Made by a program: the position numbers and the translations under genes. From the NCBI GenBank assembly GCA_964424195.1, contig CAYRHT010000004.1:12769-76768 (forward strand): a stretch of DNA of 64,000 bases, in the 5' to 3' direction. Positions within the stretch are counted from its first letter, which is position 1. Every line of letters starts with the position of its first letter. Shown in pieces: positions 19,696 to 30,233 of this stretch. The stretch comes from an uncultured Gammaproteobacteria bacterium. GTDB taxonomy: Bacteria; Patescibacteriota; Patescibacteriia; UBA1558; S5-K13. Below the pieces are notes generated by a model. It was not told the origin of the DNA. It made no database searches and was given only the letters and a program-made list of their open reading frames with translations.

Positions 19696-19917
19696 ATGAA
19701 ATTAAATAAAACTTTGAAGTTTGTTCTTGCAATAACTATATTATTAGTAATAATAATTTTAGGATACTTCCTGATTAGGTATAAATATATAAAAGAAAAA
19801 CCTTTAAAAAGAGAAGAGGTTTTAAATTTAAATGTCGAAAAAGTAGTTAAAGATCCTGCAGAAGAAGATATTTTAAATTTAATAAATAAATTAAAAAATA
19901 AAAATAAATCTTTGTAA
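19696..19917 (+). CDS. Small single-TM protein
   Basis: 73 aa, N-terminal TM, AGGGAG upstream. Confidence 0.6.
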   Translation: MKLNKTLKFVLAITILLVIIILGYFLIRYKYIKEKPLKREEVLNLNVEKVVKDPAEEDILNLINKLKNKNKSL

Positions 19918-19950
19918 GTTAAGGGATTTATTTATTAAAATAATAAATAT

Positions 19951-20643
19951 ATGAAATATTGCAGTTTTAAAAAGTACATAATTATTTTCTTGATAGTTTT
20001 TATAATTCCTTTATTTGTAGAAGCAGCAAAAGATGATTTAATCAGTATAGAGCCAACAAAGGATTCAGAAATTAATAGGTATATTAATAGTGCTGAAAAT
20101 ATAGTTAAAATTGTTAATAAAGATATAATTTTCTTGTCAGGATTAAATATGGTTGGAGAAACGGTAATTGAAGCTGTTCTTTTGAAATTTAATAATTATA
20201 ATTCTTTTATAGATAAATATAGTCCAAAAATAGAAAAAGAAGGAGCCTCTTTATTTGACGATCTAATGAACGGTTATAAGTCTACTAGAAAATATTTTCA
20301 TTTGATTAACGATATTGATAGTTTAAGTTCTTCTATGGAAATAGCTTATGAATTATTAAATACTACAGATGTTTTCTTAGAAGAAAATTCAAAAAAAGGT
20401 TCTTCTTTTAAAGAATCAGAAAAATCCTTAGAAGAATTTAGAGAGAGTTTGAATAAAAAAACTTTTTTAGTTGAGTCTTTAATTCTAGAAGTACTTGCTA
20501 ATGTAAATATTAATCAGGATTCTTATGAAGATGATTTGGATTATTTAAACTATTACAAAAAAGAGATGCAAGAGATAAAAGATAGTTATTTGGAAGTATC
20601 TAATAGTATTATTGATCTCTCGGAGAGAGTTATAGAATCTTAA
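19951..20643 (+). CDS. Secreted helical hypothetical protein
   Basis: Signal peptide, acidic helical body. Confidence 0.65.
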   Translation: MKYCSFKKYIIIFLIVFIIPLFVEAAKDDLISIEPTKDSEINRYINSAENIVKIVNKDIIFLSGLNMVGETVIEAVLLKFNNYNSFIDKYSPKIEKEGASLFDDLMNGYKSTRKYFHLINDIDSLSSSMEIAYELLNTTDVFLEENSKKGSSFKESEKSLEEFRESLNKKTFLVESLILEVLANVNINQDSYEDDLDYLNYYKKEMQEIKDSYLEVSNSIIDLSERVIES

Positions 20644-20670
20644 AATTTATTAATAAAATTTATAGAATTA

Positions 20671-23670
20671 ATGATTAAATATTTCAGATCTATATCAAAA
20701 AACTTTCTTATTTTTATAATAATTAGTGTTTTTTTATTAGTAAGTTTTTCTGTATTCTTAATTTATAGAAATAATAATTTAGCAATTGCGGGAGATAATT
20801 TCGGAGGATGGTCTTATAATAATTTCTTTGGTTGGATATCAGAGTCTTGTAATAACTTATATGGAACAGGATATGAAGATTATTGTGGTTTAAATATGGA
20901 TCCTATTTTAGATATAAATTTTGATAGTGATGATATTGATATTGATAATGGTAAAGTTAAAGACAACACTGGTAGTTTCAATGGAAAAATATTTAATTTC
21001 ATAGAAACTGATATTAGGAATGGAGGGAAGAATAAAACTACTGGTTTAGCTACAAAGAATTCTAGTTTTGATAATTCTTTATATTTTAATGGAATAGATT
21101 CATATATTAACTTTGGAGCTCACAAGGATTTTAGTTTCAATGGTAATGATTTCAGTATAAGTTTATGGTTTAAGATTGATGAAGGATTAACAGAGGATTC
21201 ATTCTTATTTTCTAACGGAGATGATATTAATAAAAGATATCATTGTTGGATTGATAAAGATTATTATTTATCCTGTTTTGTTAAAAATAAAAAAATAAAG
21301 AGTACTAGTTCAATAAATATTAATAAATGGACTAATATTACTATTGTTCATGAAGAAAAATCTTTTTTAATGTATTTAGATGGGTTTTTAATTGATAACA
21401 CTAGTATTGGTGCTTCTGCACTTAGTAATTCAAAGGAATTAATATTGGGAGCTTTTGGTGACCAAACACAGAATTTTAAAGGAGAATTGGATGAATTTCG
21501 TCTTTTTGATAAGTCATTAAATATTGATCAAGTTTTACATAATATTAGTCATAATTCTAATTATTTATTGGATATTGATAATGAAACTGGTGAAATTAGT
21601 GGCTGGGTCTGGTCTAATGGAATAGGATGGATTTGTTTTGGAAAAACTTGTGAAGGATTAGCTCCGGATAAGAGTGAACCGGAGGCAAAATTATATTGGT
21701 CTTCTCAGGGAGGAGAGACTTATCCATACATGATTAGTGGTTGGGCTAATGCTATTTCTTTTAATGATGCTGGTCAAGAAAAATATCAGGATATGGGTTG
21801 GATATCTTTACAGAGTGAAGATATTTTAAATGCGAATTATGATGAATATAGTAGTTGTGTTAGTTGTGGTTTTAGAGATGAAGAAGATGATTTAGTTTTG
21901 TATTTTAAAATGGACGAAGATAGCGGTGAATTAGCTATTGATTCTTCTGGTTTTGATAATAATGCTCAATTAAAGAAATTTGAAGAAGAATCTTGGACAG
22001 AAGATGGTCGAATAAATAATTGTTTAAATTTTGATGGAATAGATGATTTTGTAGAGTTAGATATAGGAGATGTACCAGAATTGGAAATGGGATATAATGA
22101 TTTTTCAGTTGAAGTTTGGGTAAAAAATGAAGAATTAGGACATTTAACAGACAATTTAACTATTCTGGGAGGATATGCTGAAGAGGAATGGGAATTATAT
22201 TTTGATTCTAAGGATAATTTGTTAGTTTTTGATATTTTTGATAATAAGGTTCAAGGAAAGATTACAGATATTAGTGATTGGTCTCACATAGTAGTTAATA
22301 TTGATCGAGATAGTAATTTAGAAATGTATGTTAATAATCAAGAATACTCAGGAGATAATATTTCTGAGTTTAGTGAGAAATATATTAATGATAAAGCTAT
22401 TTTAATTGGAAATAATTATAGTGATTCTTTTTGGGATGGTGCTATAGATATAGTGAGAATATATACTAAAGTTTTGAGTAAAGATGCAGTTGCTCATAAT
22501 TATGAGTTTCCAGAAAAGAGATTTTGTTCAGCTTGTTTGAATCAAATTTTATCTAAAGCAGAGAGTAGTAATATTTGTTATGATTGTGAACGATGTAAAA
22601 TTGAAAAAGGTGTTACAAATTGTGAACTATGTTCTGGTTGTCGAGAATATGGTTTAACATTTGATACTAATACAGCAAATATAAAAGGTTTTGCTTGGGG
22701 AGGTTTTTCCGTTGATGATGAGCTTGTCGGTTTAGGTTGGTTTAAATTTTCTCCAAGTTTTGGAGCAGGGTTATATCGTTCTTATGTTTCTTCAAAATAT
22801 GGTGATATTTACAGTAAAGCTAATATAGGTTCAAGCTATTCAGTAATTCCTCCAATTGGTTATTTTAATGCTACCTATATGATTCAAGCTAACGGACATA
22901 TAATGAATTGGGTTAGTACAGCCTATGAAGCTAATAATAATTGGTTAATGTCAGCTGATAGTGGTAACCCTTTAAGCTATGAATACCCTAAATTAGAAAA
23001 TGATTATGGTAATGTTTTGGGTAATTTAGATTATGTTGGTTTAATAAATGGAAGATATGGGGAAGTTAAAGAAGGAGTTCCTAATGAGGGTTTAGCTAAT
23101 TATGATGTTTGTTTAGATAATAATGTTTTCTTTAAAAAAGATAGTTTTGTTTTAACTGAAAAAGCTGCTAGTGGTATTGCTTACAGATTTCAAAATTGTT
23201 CTCAGGGAGCAGGAACTATAATTATTGATGGAGACTTAAGTATTGAAGCTGATATTCAATATGATGACACCACTTTTAGTGGTGAAAGTAGTGGCTTAGC
23301 TTCAGTAGCTTGGGTAATTAAAGGAGACCTAAGAATATCTCCTAAAGTTAGAGAACTAGCAGGAACTTTTATCGTTTTAGGTAAAGATGATACAGAATGT
23401 GGTTCTGTTTTAGAAAGTCCAAAAAAAGGATGTGGAGCTATTTTTACTTGTGATGCTAATGAAAGTGAATGTGGAAAACAATTAGAAGTTTCTGGTCAAT
23501 TTTTAGCAAAGAATTTCCGTTTTCAAAGAACTTTTAGAAGCTTAGAAGGTCAACTAAGAGAAGCAGCAGAGGAAATTATATATGATGGTCGGAATATTAT
23601 TAATCCTCCTCCAGGATTAGGAGATGTTTTAAAGATACTACCAACTTGGAATCAAATAGCCCCTTATTAA
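20671..23670 (+). CDS. Large surface protein with two LamG/ConA-like domains
   Basis: LYFNGIDSY...FKGELDEFRLF and LNFDGIDDFV...DGAIDIVRIY; SGWVWSNGIGWI repeats; Cys-rich linker; directly upstream of pilM. Confidence 0.8.
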   Translation: MIKYFRSISKNFLIFIIISVFLLVSFSVFLIYRNNNLAIAGDNFGGWSYNNFFGWISESCNNLYGTGYEDYCGLNMDPILDINFDSDDIDIDNGKVKDNTGSFNGKIFNFIETDIRNGGKNKTTGLATKNSSFDNSLYFNGIDSYINFGAHKDFSFNGNDFSISLWFKIDEGLTEDSFLFSNGDDINKRYHCWIDKDYYLSCFVKNKKIKSTSSININKWTNITIVHEEKSFLMYLDGFLIDNTSIGASALSNSKELILGAFGDQTQNFKGELDEFRLFDKSLNIDQVLHNISHNSNYLLDIDNETGEISGWVWSNGIGWICFGKTCEGLAPDKSEPEAKLYWSSQGGETYPYMISGWANAISFNDAGQEKYQDMGWISLQSEDILNANYDEYSSCVSCGFRDEEDDLVLYFKMDEDSGELAIDSSGFDNNAQLKKFEEESWTEDGRINNCLNFDGIDDFVELDIGDVPELEMGYNDFSVEVWVKNEELGHLTDNLTILGGYAEEEWELYFDSKDNLLVFDIFDNKVQGKITDISDWSHIVVNIDRDSNLEMYVNNQEYSGDNISEFSEKYINDKAILIGNNYSDSFWDGAIDIVRIYTKVLSKDAVAHNYEFPEKRFCSACLNQILSKAESSNICYDCERCKIEKGVTNCELCSGCREYGLTFDTNTANIKGFAWGGFSVDDELVGLGWFKFSPSFGAGLYRSYVSSKYGDIYSKANIGSSYSVIPPIGYFNATYMIQANGHIMNWVSTAYEANNNWLMSADSGNPLSYEYPKLENDYGNVLGNLDYVGLINGRYGEVKEGVPNEGLANYDVCLDNNVFFKKDSFVLTEKAASGIAYRFQNCSQGAGTIIIDGDLSIEADIQYDDTTFSGESSGLASVAWVIKGDLRISPKVRELAGTFIVLGKDDTECGSVLESPKKGCGAIFTCDANESECGKQLEVSGQFLAKNFRFQRTFRSLEGQLREAAEEIIYDGRNIINPPPGLGDVLKILPTWNQIAPY

Positions 23671-23692
23671 TTAGTAGTTATTAAAATAATTT

Positions 23693-24877
23693 ATGAGTTT
23701 ATTTAATAAAAAAAATCAAGACTTTTTAGGAGTAGATATTGGAACTTCTGGTATTAAGATTGTGCAATTAACAAAAGAAAAAGACAAAGCTAAATTAGTT
23801 ACTTACGGAATGGTTGATGTTGATGCTGATATTATTAGAAATAAGACTCCAGAGAGCATTAAATTAATAGCTCAAGCTTTAGAAAAAATTATTGATAAAG
23901 CTAGAGTATCTACTAAAAATTGTTCAACCGCTTTACCAACTTTTTCAGTATTTAGTTCAGTGATCAGTTTACCACAAATGACAAAGAGTGATCTAAATTC
24001 GGCTGTTAAATGGGAAGCAAAGAAATTCATTCCTTTTCCAATTGAGAATATGATTCTAGATTGGAAAATTATTAATGCTAGTAAGGGTTCACAAAAGAAT
24101 CAATTATTAGATAATTTGAATAATAAAGTAGATTTAGGTAAATTTTTTAATAAAGATAAAACAGAAGGTGATCAAAAAGAAGAAATTGAAAGAAAACCTG
24201 CAAAAACAGAAAATGATCTTATAAAAACAAGTTCTAAGTTTAATAAAATATTATTAACTGCTGCTCCTAAGAGTCTAGTTAGTGTTTATGTGGATATTTT
24301 TAAAGAATTAGAATTAAATTTAACTAGTTTGGAAGTTGAATCTTTTGCTATGACTAGAGCATTGATAGCTGATGAAAAAAAGTATGCCATGATAGTAGAT
24401 ATAGGTTCAGTGACTACAGATGTTTGTGTTGTTGAGAATGGTTTACCTATTTTAAATAGGAGCATAGAAGTTGGTGGAAATATGATGACTGAAAGTATAG
24501 CTCAGAGTTTAAACATTAGTTTTGATCGAGCTGAACAATTTAAACAAGACTTTGGTTTAACTATGAGCAAGGAAGAAGTTAATAATGTTCCTAAAACTAT
24601 TGAGGAAACATTATCTCCGATGGTTAATGAAATTAAATATGTTTTTGATTTATACCGAAGACAGGGGAGTGGTAAAATAGACAATGTTATTCTCTCAGGA
24701 GGTTCAGCCTATCTACCAAGTTTAGTTGATTATTTAAGTAAAGTGTTAAATACTACCGTCTATATTGGAGATGCTTGGTATAAAGTTATGTATCCTAAGG
24801 AATTAAAACCAGTTTTGGATGAAGTTGGACCGAGGTTTTCAGTAGCTGTGGGGCTAGCTTTAAGAGGGATAATCTAA
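23693..24877 (+). CDS. pilM: Type IV pilus assembly protein PilM
   Basis: LGVDIGTSGIKIV, IVDIGS, LSGGSA, AVGLALR. Confidence 0.93.
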   Translation: MSLFNKKNQDFLGVDIGTSGIKIVQLTKEKDKAKLVTYGMVDVDADIIRNKTPESIKLIAQALEKIIDKARVSTKNCSTALPTFSVFSSVISLPQMTKSDLNSAVKWEAKKFIPFPIENMILDWKIINASKGSQKNQLLDNLNNKVDLGKFFNKDKTEGDQKEEIERKPAKTENDLIKTSSKFNKILLTAAPKSLVSVYVDIFKELELNLTSLEVESFAMTRALIADEKKYAMIVDIGSVTTDVCVVENGLPILNRSIEVGGNMMTESIAQSLNISFDRAEQFKQDFGLTMSKEEVNNVPKTIEETLSPMVNEIKYVFDLYRRQGSGKIDNVILSGGSAYLPSLVDYLSKVLNTTVYIGDAWYKVMYPKELKPVLDEVGPRFSVAVGLALRGII

Positions 24878-24954
24878 ATTTTTTGCATTGGTAATGATAT
24901 GAGCCTGTGCTATAATTTTAAGTGAGATATTTAGTATTAAAATAGGTGAATTAT

Positions 24955-25968
24955 ATGTCTGACGATATTAATTTATTACCCGAGGATTTAAAGAAAAAAC
25001 AAGATAAAACTCTAAAAAATAGAGGAAATTTTAGTTTAGATGAAATTGAATTTACTGATGGTCAGAGATTGAAAAAACAATTAGATTCTAAAATTATAAA
25101 ACCAAAAAAAGAAGTAATAAAAAAGTGGTTTAAACCTAAAATTAATCAAAAATCAGACTTTTCAAGTCTAAAAAATGATAATTTACCTCCTATTTCTAAA
25201 CCTGAACTTAAAGTAGAGGAACCTTTAGTGAAAAAATCTATAGATTTATCAAAAGATTTTAAAAAGGATAATTTAAAAGAAAAAACTCAAACTAATAATG
25301 CTAAGCCAGAAGGAGTAGTTAAACCAAAAAATAAAGTAAGTCTAAAAGAAATAATAAATAATTTTAGAGCAAAGCTTAATGGAAAGAATAAAAATAAAGA
25401 GGAAGATAAATCTTTGGATGTTAATTTGTTGCCCTTCGGTTCTAATATGCCTACAACCAGAAGAGCTCTTTTAATATTAATTATTATTTTTATACTAGCC
25501 GGTTCTTCAATATTTATTGTTTATTTCGGTTATTATCTTTATAAAGAGGAAGTTATGAAAGAGTATGGTAATTTAGAAAATGAATTTAATATTTATGTAA
25601 ATGATATTAAGAAATATGATGATTTAATATATGAAATTACTGCTTGGCAAGAAAAGATTTCGGAAATAGAAAATTTACTTAATAAGCATGTTTATTGGAC
25701 TAAGTTTTTTGAGAAATTAGAGGAAAATACTTTAAATGATGTTCAGTTTATTGGTTTTGCTGGTACTATAGATAGTTCTATTACTTTACAAGCAATTGCT
25801 CCTAATTACGAAACAGTTTCTAAACAGTGGATTCGTTTGCAAGAAGCAGAGGATTTTGTAGAAAAAGTAGTTATTGATGGTGCCTCTATGTCTTCTACGG
25901 AGGATAATATTAATATATCTTTCTCATTAACTTTAGATTTTGTGGACGATATTTTTTATAAGGAATAA
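24955..25968 (+). CDS. pilN: PilN-like protein with long Lys-rich N-terminus
   Basis: INLLP and VNLLP motifs, TM, coiled coil; position after pilM. Confidence 0.75.
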   Translation: MSDDINLLPEDLKKKQDKTLKNRGNFSLDEIEFTDGQRLKKQLDSKIIKPKKEVIKKWFKPKINQKSDFSSLKNDNLPPISKPELKVEEPLVKKSIDLSKDFKKDNLKEKTQTNNAKPEGVVKPKNKVSLKEIINNFRAKLNGKNKNKEEDKSLDVNLLPFGSNMPTTRRALLILIIIFILAGSSIFIVYFGYYLYKEEVMKEYGNLENEFNIYVNDIKKYDDLIYEITAWQEKISEIENLLNKHVYWTKFFEKLEENTLNDVQFIGFAGTIDSSITLQAIAPNYETVSKQWIRLQEAEDFVEKVVIDGASMSSTEDNINISFSLTLDFVDDIFYKE

Positions 25969-25973
25969 TATAT

Positions 25974-26660
25974 ATGTTAGAAAATAATAAAATAGAAAAA
26001 GTAGAAAAAAAAGAAATAAAGACGGGAGTTTATGCTTCTAAAAAAGTTTCTGGTTTTTCAATTTTTGTTTATAAGCATTTGAAGTTAATTATATTTTTAG
26101 AGTTGTTGGTTATATTATTAGGAGGTTATTTATTTATTATTAAAAAAGAAATTTCAGAAATAGAAAATTATAATAAATTGATTTCATGGAGAAAAGAAGA
26201 GTTGGTGAAAATAAAAGACTATAAAGCAGATTCTTTAGAATTGGAAGAAAAATATAGTATTTTGGAAAAGGAAGTAGCAGAAGATATTAATGAGCTATAT
26301 AGCATCTTACCACCTAAAGACGACCTACCCAATGTTATGGCTCAGATTGAAGCTTTAGTGAATAGTCATAATTTTGTCTTAGGTTCAATTAATATGTCTT
26401 CAGAAGAAGATAGTTCTTTAAATAAAAGAGAATTACCTTTAATTAATTCAGAGGCAGAGTCTCAAAGCAATTTAATCAAAGAGGTTGAAATTAGTATTTT
26501 TGTTTTTAGTGATGAGGGTGGTTATTCTCGAGTTAAGGAATTATTAGAAGCTTTTGAACATCATATTAGATTCACAGATATTGTTAGTTTTAGTTTTGAA
26601 AAAGATATGAAAGCTTATTCTATTATGTTAAAAACTTATTATTTAAATTATGAAGAGTAA
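25974..26660 (+). CDS. pilO: PilO-like protein
   Basis: TM, coiled coil, ILPPKDDLPNVMAQIE, GGYSRVKELLEAFE. Confidence 0.75.
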   Translation: MLENNKIEKVEKKEIKTGVYASKKVSGFSIFVYKHLKLIIFLELLVILLGGYLFIIKKEISEIENYNKLISWRKEELVKIKDYKADSLELEEKYSILEKEVAEDINELYSILPPKDDLPNVMAQIEALVNSHNFVLGSINMSSEEDSSLNKRELPLINSEAESQSNLIKEVEISIFVFSDEGGYSRVKELLEAFEHHIRFTDIVSFSFEKDMKAYSIMLKTYYLNYEE

Positions 26661-26973
26661 AATAATTGATAAAAAAATAGTATTCTTGTTTTTAATAATG
26701 ATTATTATGATATTTTTTATGATGAATTTTTTAAGTAAAAAAGAAAAAGATTCTGAAAGTATCACGGGTATTAAAACTGACAATAGATTAAGTATTATTA
26801 ATGAAAAGCAGAAAAGAATTAATAATTTCTTGAATAACAGCAATGGTTTATTCAACCAGAGATTACAGAGAATCTTTGAAAAATTAGATTTAGTTTCTTA
26901 CATAGAGTTACCATTGGAAAAAGATTTAGATTATAATAATTATCCTTTTGGTAATCAAATAAATTTAGATTAA
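26650..26973 (+). CDS. Small TM protein in the PilP position
   Basis: TM and C-terminal NYPF; between pilO and pilB. Confidence 0.6.
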   Translation: MKSKIIDKKIVFLFLIMIIMIFFMMNFLSKKEKDSESITGIKTDNRLSIINEKQKRINNFLNNSNGLFNQRLQRIFEKLDLVSYIELPLEKDLDYNNYPFGNQINLD

Positions 26974-26976
26974 AAT

Positions 26977-28743
26977 ATGAAATCAGATTATAATAAAAAA
27001 ATATTAGAGATAATTACAGAGAAAAAGCTATTGAAAGATAGTGATTTAGATTTTGTTTCTAAAAAAATAGAATCTGATAAATCTGCTAGTTTGGACAAGG
27101 TTATTAAAACAAATAATTTAATAGATGCTGAAGAGTACGCTCAAATAAAAGCTACTGTAATCGGAGTTCCTTATCGAAATTTAGTTGATGAGAAAATTGA
27201 TAAAGAAGTTTTAAAATTATTACCAACAAACCTATCAAAAAATTACCAAATGGTAATTTTTAATAAAAAAGATAATGTTTTAGATATTGGTCTTGTTGAT
27301 CCAGAGAATTTTAGTGCAGTAGAAGCGGCAGAATTTTTAGCCCAAGAAAATAAGTATATAATAAAATATTATCTGATATCAGAGGGTAGTTTTAAGCATG
27401 TTCTTGGAAAGTCAGAGGATATTGTTGAGGAGGTTGGTGAAGTTTTGGACTATGCTAAAGAAAAACTGGGTACATCTGGTTCAATAGATACTGATCTAGA
27501 AGAACTTAAGATGGATGATGAAAATTTTGATGAGATTATTAAATCAGCACCAGTTTCTAGAATAGTATCTGTAATCTTAAAACATGCTGTTGATGGTCGA
27601 GCTTCAGATGTTCATATTGAACCAGTTAATAATCAATCAATAACTAGATTTAGAATAGATGGAAAATTACATAATTCAATAGTTTTACCAATCTATATTC
27701 ATAATGCTCTAATTGCTAGAGTAAAAGTAATGGCTAATATGAAAATTGATGAAACTAGAATACCACAAGATGGTAGAATTAGAGTAAAAGTAAAAGGAGA
27801 AAGAATTGATTTTAGAATATCAACTTTACCTTTAATTGATTACGAAAAAGTTGTCATGAGAGTTTTGAGTACTCCTAAAAAAATTCCAACTCTTGATGAG
27901 CTAGGTTTTGGTGGTCCTTTGAAAAAAGAAATAGAAAAAAATATTAAAAAACCAAATGGAATGATTTTAGTTACTGGTCCTACTGGAAGTGGTAAGTCTT
28001 TTACTCTATTTACTTTTTTAAATAAAATTAATTCCGAAGCTATAAATATCTCAACTTTAGAGGATCCAGTAGAGTATAATATTGAGGGAGTTAATCAATC
28101 TCAGGTAAGACCAGAAGCTGATTTTACTTTTGCTTCAGGATTAAGATCTTTGTTAAGACAAGATCCAGATGTAATCATGGTTGGTGAGATTAGAGACAGT
28201 GAAACAGCGGAATTAGCTGTTCATGCTGCCTTAACTGGTCATTTAGTGTTATCTACCTTACATACTAATGATGCTATTGGAGCTATTCCTAGATTAGTTG
28301 ATATGAAAGTAGAACCATTTTTACTAGCTTCTACTCTAAACATGATTTTAGCTCAGAGATTAGTAAGAAAAATATGTGAAAATTGTAAAGAAGAATTTGA
28401 TCCACCCCAGTCTTTAAAAGACAGAATAAAAGGAAGCATAGAACAACTACCAGAAAAGAGTTTCTACGGTAATGTTAAAAAGAATGATGAAGTTAAATTT
28501 TATCACGGCAAGGGTTGTGGTAGATGTGGTGGAACTGGATATAAAGGGAGAACTGCAATTACAGAGATTTTAGTTTTGGATAGGAAGATAAAAAGTATTA
28601 TTGCTGAAGGAATGAATATGACTGATTTACAAAAAGAATTAGATGATCGAGGATATATTAATATGATGCAAGATGGTTTAATTAAAGTATTGAATGGAAC
28701 TACAACTTTAGAGGAAGTATTAATTGCTACTAAGCAAAGCTAA
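26977..28743 (+). CDS. pilB: Type IV pilus extension ATPase (GspE/PilB)
   Basis: ASDVHIEP, GPTGSGKS, LRQDPDVIMVGEIRD, STLHTND, tetracysteine motif. Confidence 0.96.
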   Translation: MKSDYNKKILEIITEKKLLKDSDLDFVSKKIESDKSASLDKVIKTNNLIDAEEYAQIKATVIGVPYRNLVDEKIDKEVLKLLPTNLSKNYQMVIFNKKDNVLDIGLVDPENFSAVEAAEFLAQENKYIIKYYLISEGSFKHVLGKSEDIVEEVGEVLDYAKEKLGTSGSIDTDLEELKMDDENFDEIIKSAPVSRIVSVILKHAVDGRASDVHIEPVNNQSITRFRIDGKLHNSIVLPIYIHNALIARVKVMANMKIDETRIPQDGRIRVKVKGERIDFRISTLPLIDYEKVVMRVLSTPKKIPTLDELGFGGPLKKEIEKNIKKPNGMILVTGPTGSGKSFTLFTFLNKINSEAINISTLEDPVEYNIEGVNQSQVRPEADFTFASGLRSLLRQDPDVIMVGEIRDSETAELAVHAALTGHLVLSTLHTNDAIGAIPRLVDMKVEPFLLASTLNMILAQRLVRKICENCKEEFDPPQSLKDRIKGSIEQLPEKSFYGNVKKNDEVKFYHGKGCGRCGGTGYKGRTAITEILVLDRKIKSIIAEGMNMTDLQKELDDRGYINMMQDGLIKVLNGTTTLEEVLIATKQS

Positions 28744-28769
28744 GTTTAAATAATTTACGATAATATATT

Positions 28770-29150
28770 ATGATAGACTCTGAAAAGAAAAAAATATTAA
28801 TTGTGGAGGATGATCCGTTTCTATCGGAAATGTATGCTACTAAATTAGAATTAGAAGAATTCACAGTTGTTTTAGCTACTAATGGAGATGAGGCCTTAGA
28901 TAAAATGAAGTTAGATAAGCCAGATATTGTCTTATTAGACTTAATAATGCCTCAAAAGGATGGTTTTGAAGTTTTGAGAGAAAAATCTGTTAATCAGGAA
29001 ATTAAAGATATTCCAGTTATAGTTTTAACAAATTTATCTCAAAAAGAACAAATAAAACAATGTTATGAATTAGGAGCAAAAGATTTCTTAATTAAAGCTT
29101 ATTTTGTTCCCGCTGACGTTATTAAAAAAATTAGGAATTTAATTAAATAA
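28770..29150 (+). CDS. Single-domain response regulator (receiver)
   Basis: ILIVEDD, LLDLIMP, DGFEVL, GAKDFLIK. Confidence 0.93.
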   Translation: MIDSEKKKILIVEDDPFLSEMYATKLELEEFTVVLATNGDEALDKMKLDKPDIVLLDLIMPQKDGFEVLREKSVNQEIKDIPVIVLTNLSQKEQIKQCYELGAKDFLIKAYFVPADVIKKIRNLIK

Positions 29151-29159
29151 TTAATTATT

Positions 29160-30215
29160 ATGCCAGCTATAGATAAATTACAGTTAAATGAGTTAATTAA
29201 TCAAGCTATTAAAGATAATGCCGTAGCGATTTATTTTAATATTGGAAACTATCCAGTAATGAGAGTACAAGGAGTTTTAAAAGATTTAAATGATCGTCCT
29301 ATTTTAACTAAAGAGTTTTTAAACACCATTTCTAATACAATATTGCCAGATGAACAGAAAATAGTTTTACAAGAAAAAAAAGAATTAACTATTGGTTATG
29401 ACTGGTCTGACGATGTTAGACTCAGTGTTAACTTTTTTTATCAGAAAAATTCTTTGTCAGTTACTATGAAATTAATTCCATCTGCTATAAAGGGTTTGGA
29501 TGAATTGGGACTCCCCAAAGTTATTGATAACATTCCTGAACTGGAATCAGGCTTAGTTGTAATTTGTGGTCCAGTTTCTGCTGGTCGAACTACAAGTGCT
29601 AGAGCTATTATTCAAGAGATAAATAAAAAACATGATCAAAGGATCGTGACCATTGAAGAGCCAATTGAATATCAATTTATTAATGAAAAATCTATAATTC
29701 AACAAAGAGAAGTGGGTCGAGATGTTGATTCAATTACTAATGGTTTAAAAGATTTAATAGATGAAGATGTTGATTTAGTCTATTTATCAAGAATATCAAA
29801 GGAAGAAGAGATAAAATTGGCTTTAGAAGTGGCAGCAGCTGGTAAATTAGTAATTACAGTTATGGATAGTGATTCAGCAGTAATTATTCTTAATAGAATA
29901 TATAGTAGTTTTAAAAATACTGAAAGAGAATGGGCAAAGAGTTTAATTTCCGGAACTTTAAAAATAATTATTAATCAAAGATTAGTAAAAAAGAGCGGTG
30001 GAGGACTTATTCCAGCTACTGAAATATTTACTATGAATTCTTCAGCTAAATCAATTATAAAATCAGGTAAATTTGATCAATTAAAATCAGTGATTCAAAC
30101 TTCTAGACAAGATGGTATGCAAGACTTAGATAGCTCTCTAAAAGATTTAGTTAATAAGGGATTGGTTAATGCAGAAGAGGTTGAGAAATTAATGACCAAT
30201 GGAGAAAACTTATAA
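29160..30215 (+). CDS. PilT-family protein with degenerate ATPase motifs
   Basis: ITIEDP-like VTIEEPIEY, QQREVGRD, GMQ; Walker A reads GPVSAGRTT. Confidence 0.85.
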   Translation: MPAIDKLQLNELINQAIKDNAVAIYFNIGNYPVMRVQGVLKDLNDRPILTKEFLNTISNTILPDEQKIVLQEKKELTIGYDWSDDVRLSVNFFYQKNSLSVTMKLIPSAIKGLDELGLPKVIDNIPELESGLVVICGPVSAGRTTSARAIIQEINKKHDQRIVTIEEPIEYQFINEKSIIQQREVGRDVDSITNGLKDLIDEDVDLVYLSRISKEEEIKLALEVAAAGKLVITVMDSDSAVIILNRIYSSFKNTEREWAKSLISGTLKIIINQRLVKKSGGGLIPATEIFTMNSSAKSIIKSGKFDQLKSVIQTSRQDGMQDLDSSLKDLVNKGLVNAEEVEKLMTNGENL

Positions 30216-30233
30216 TTTCTAGTTTTAATAATT

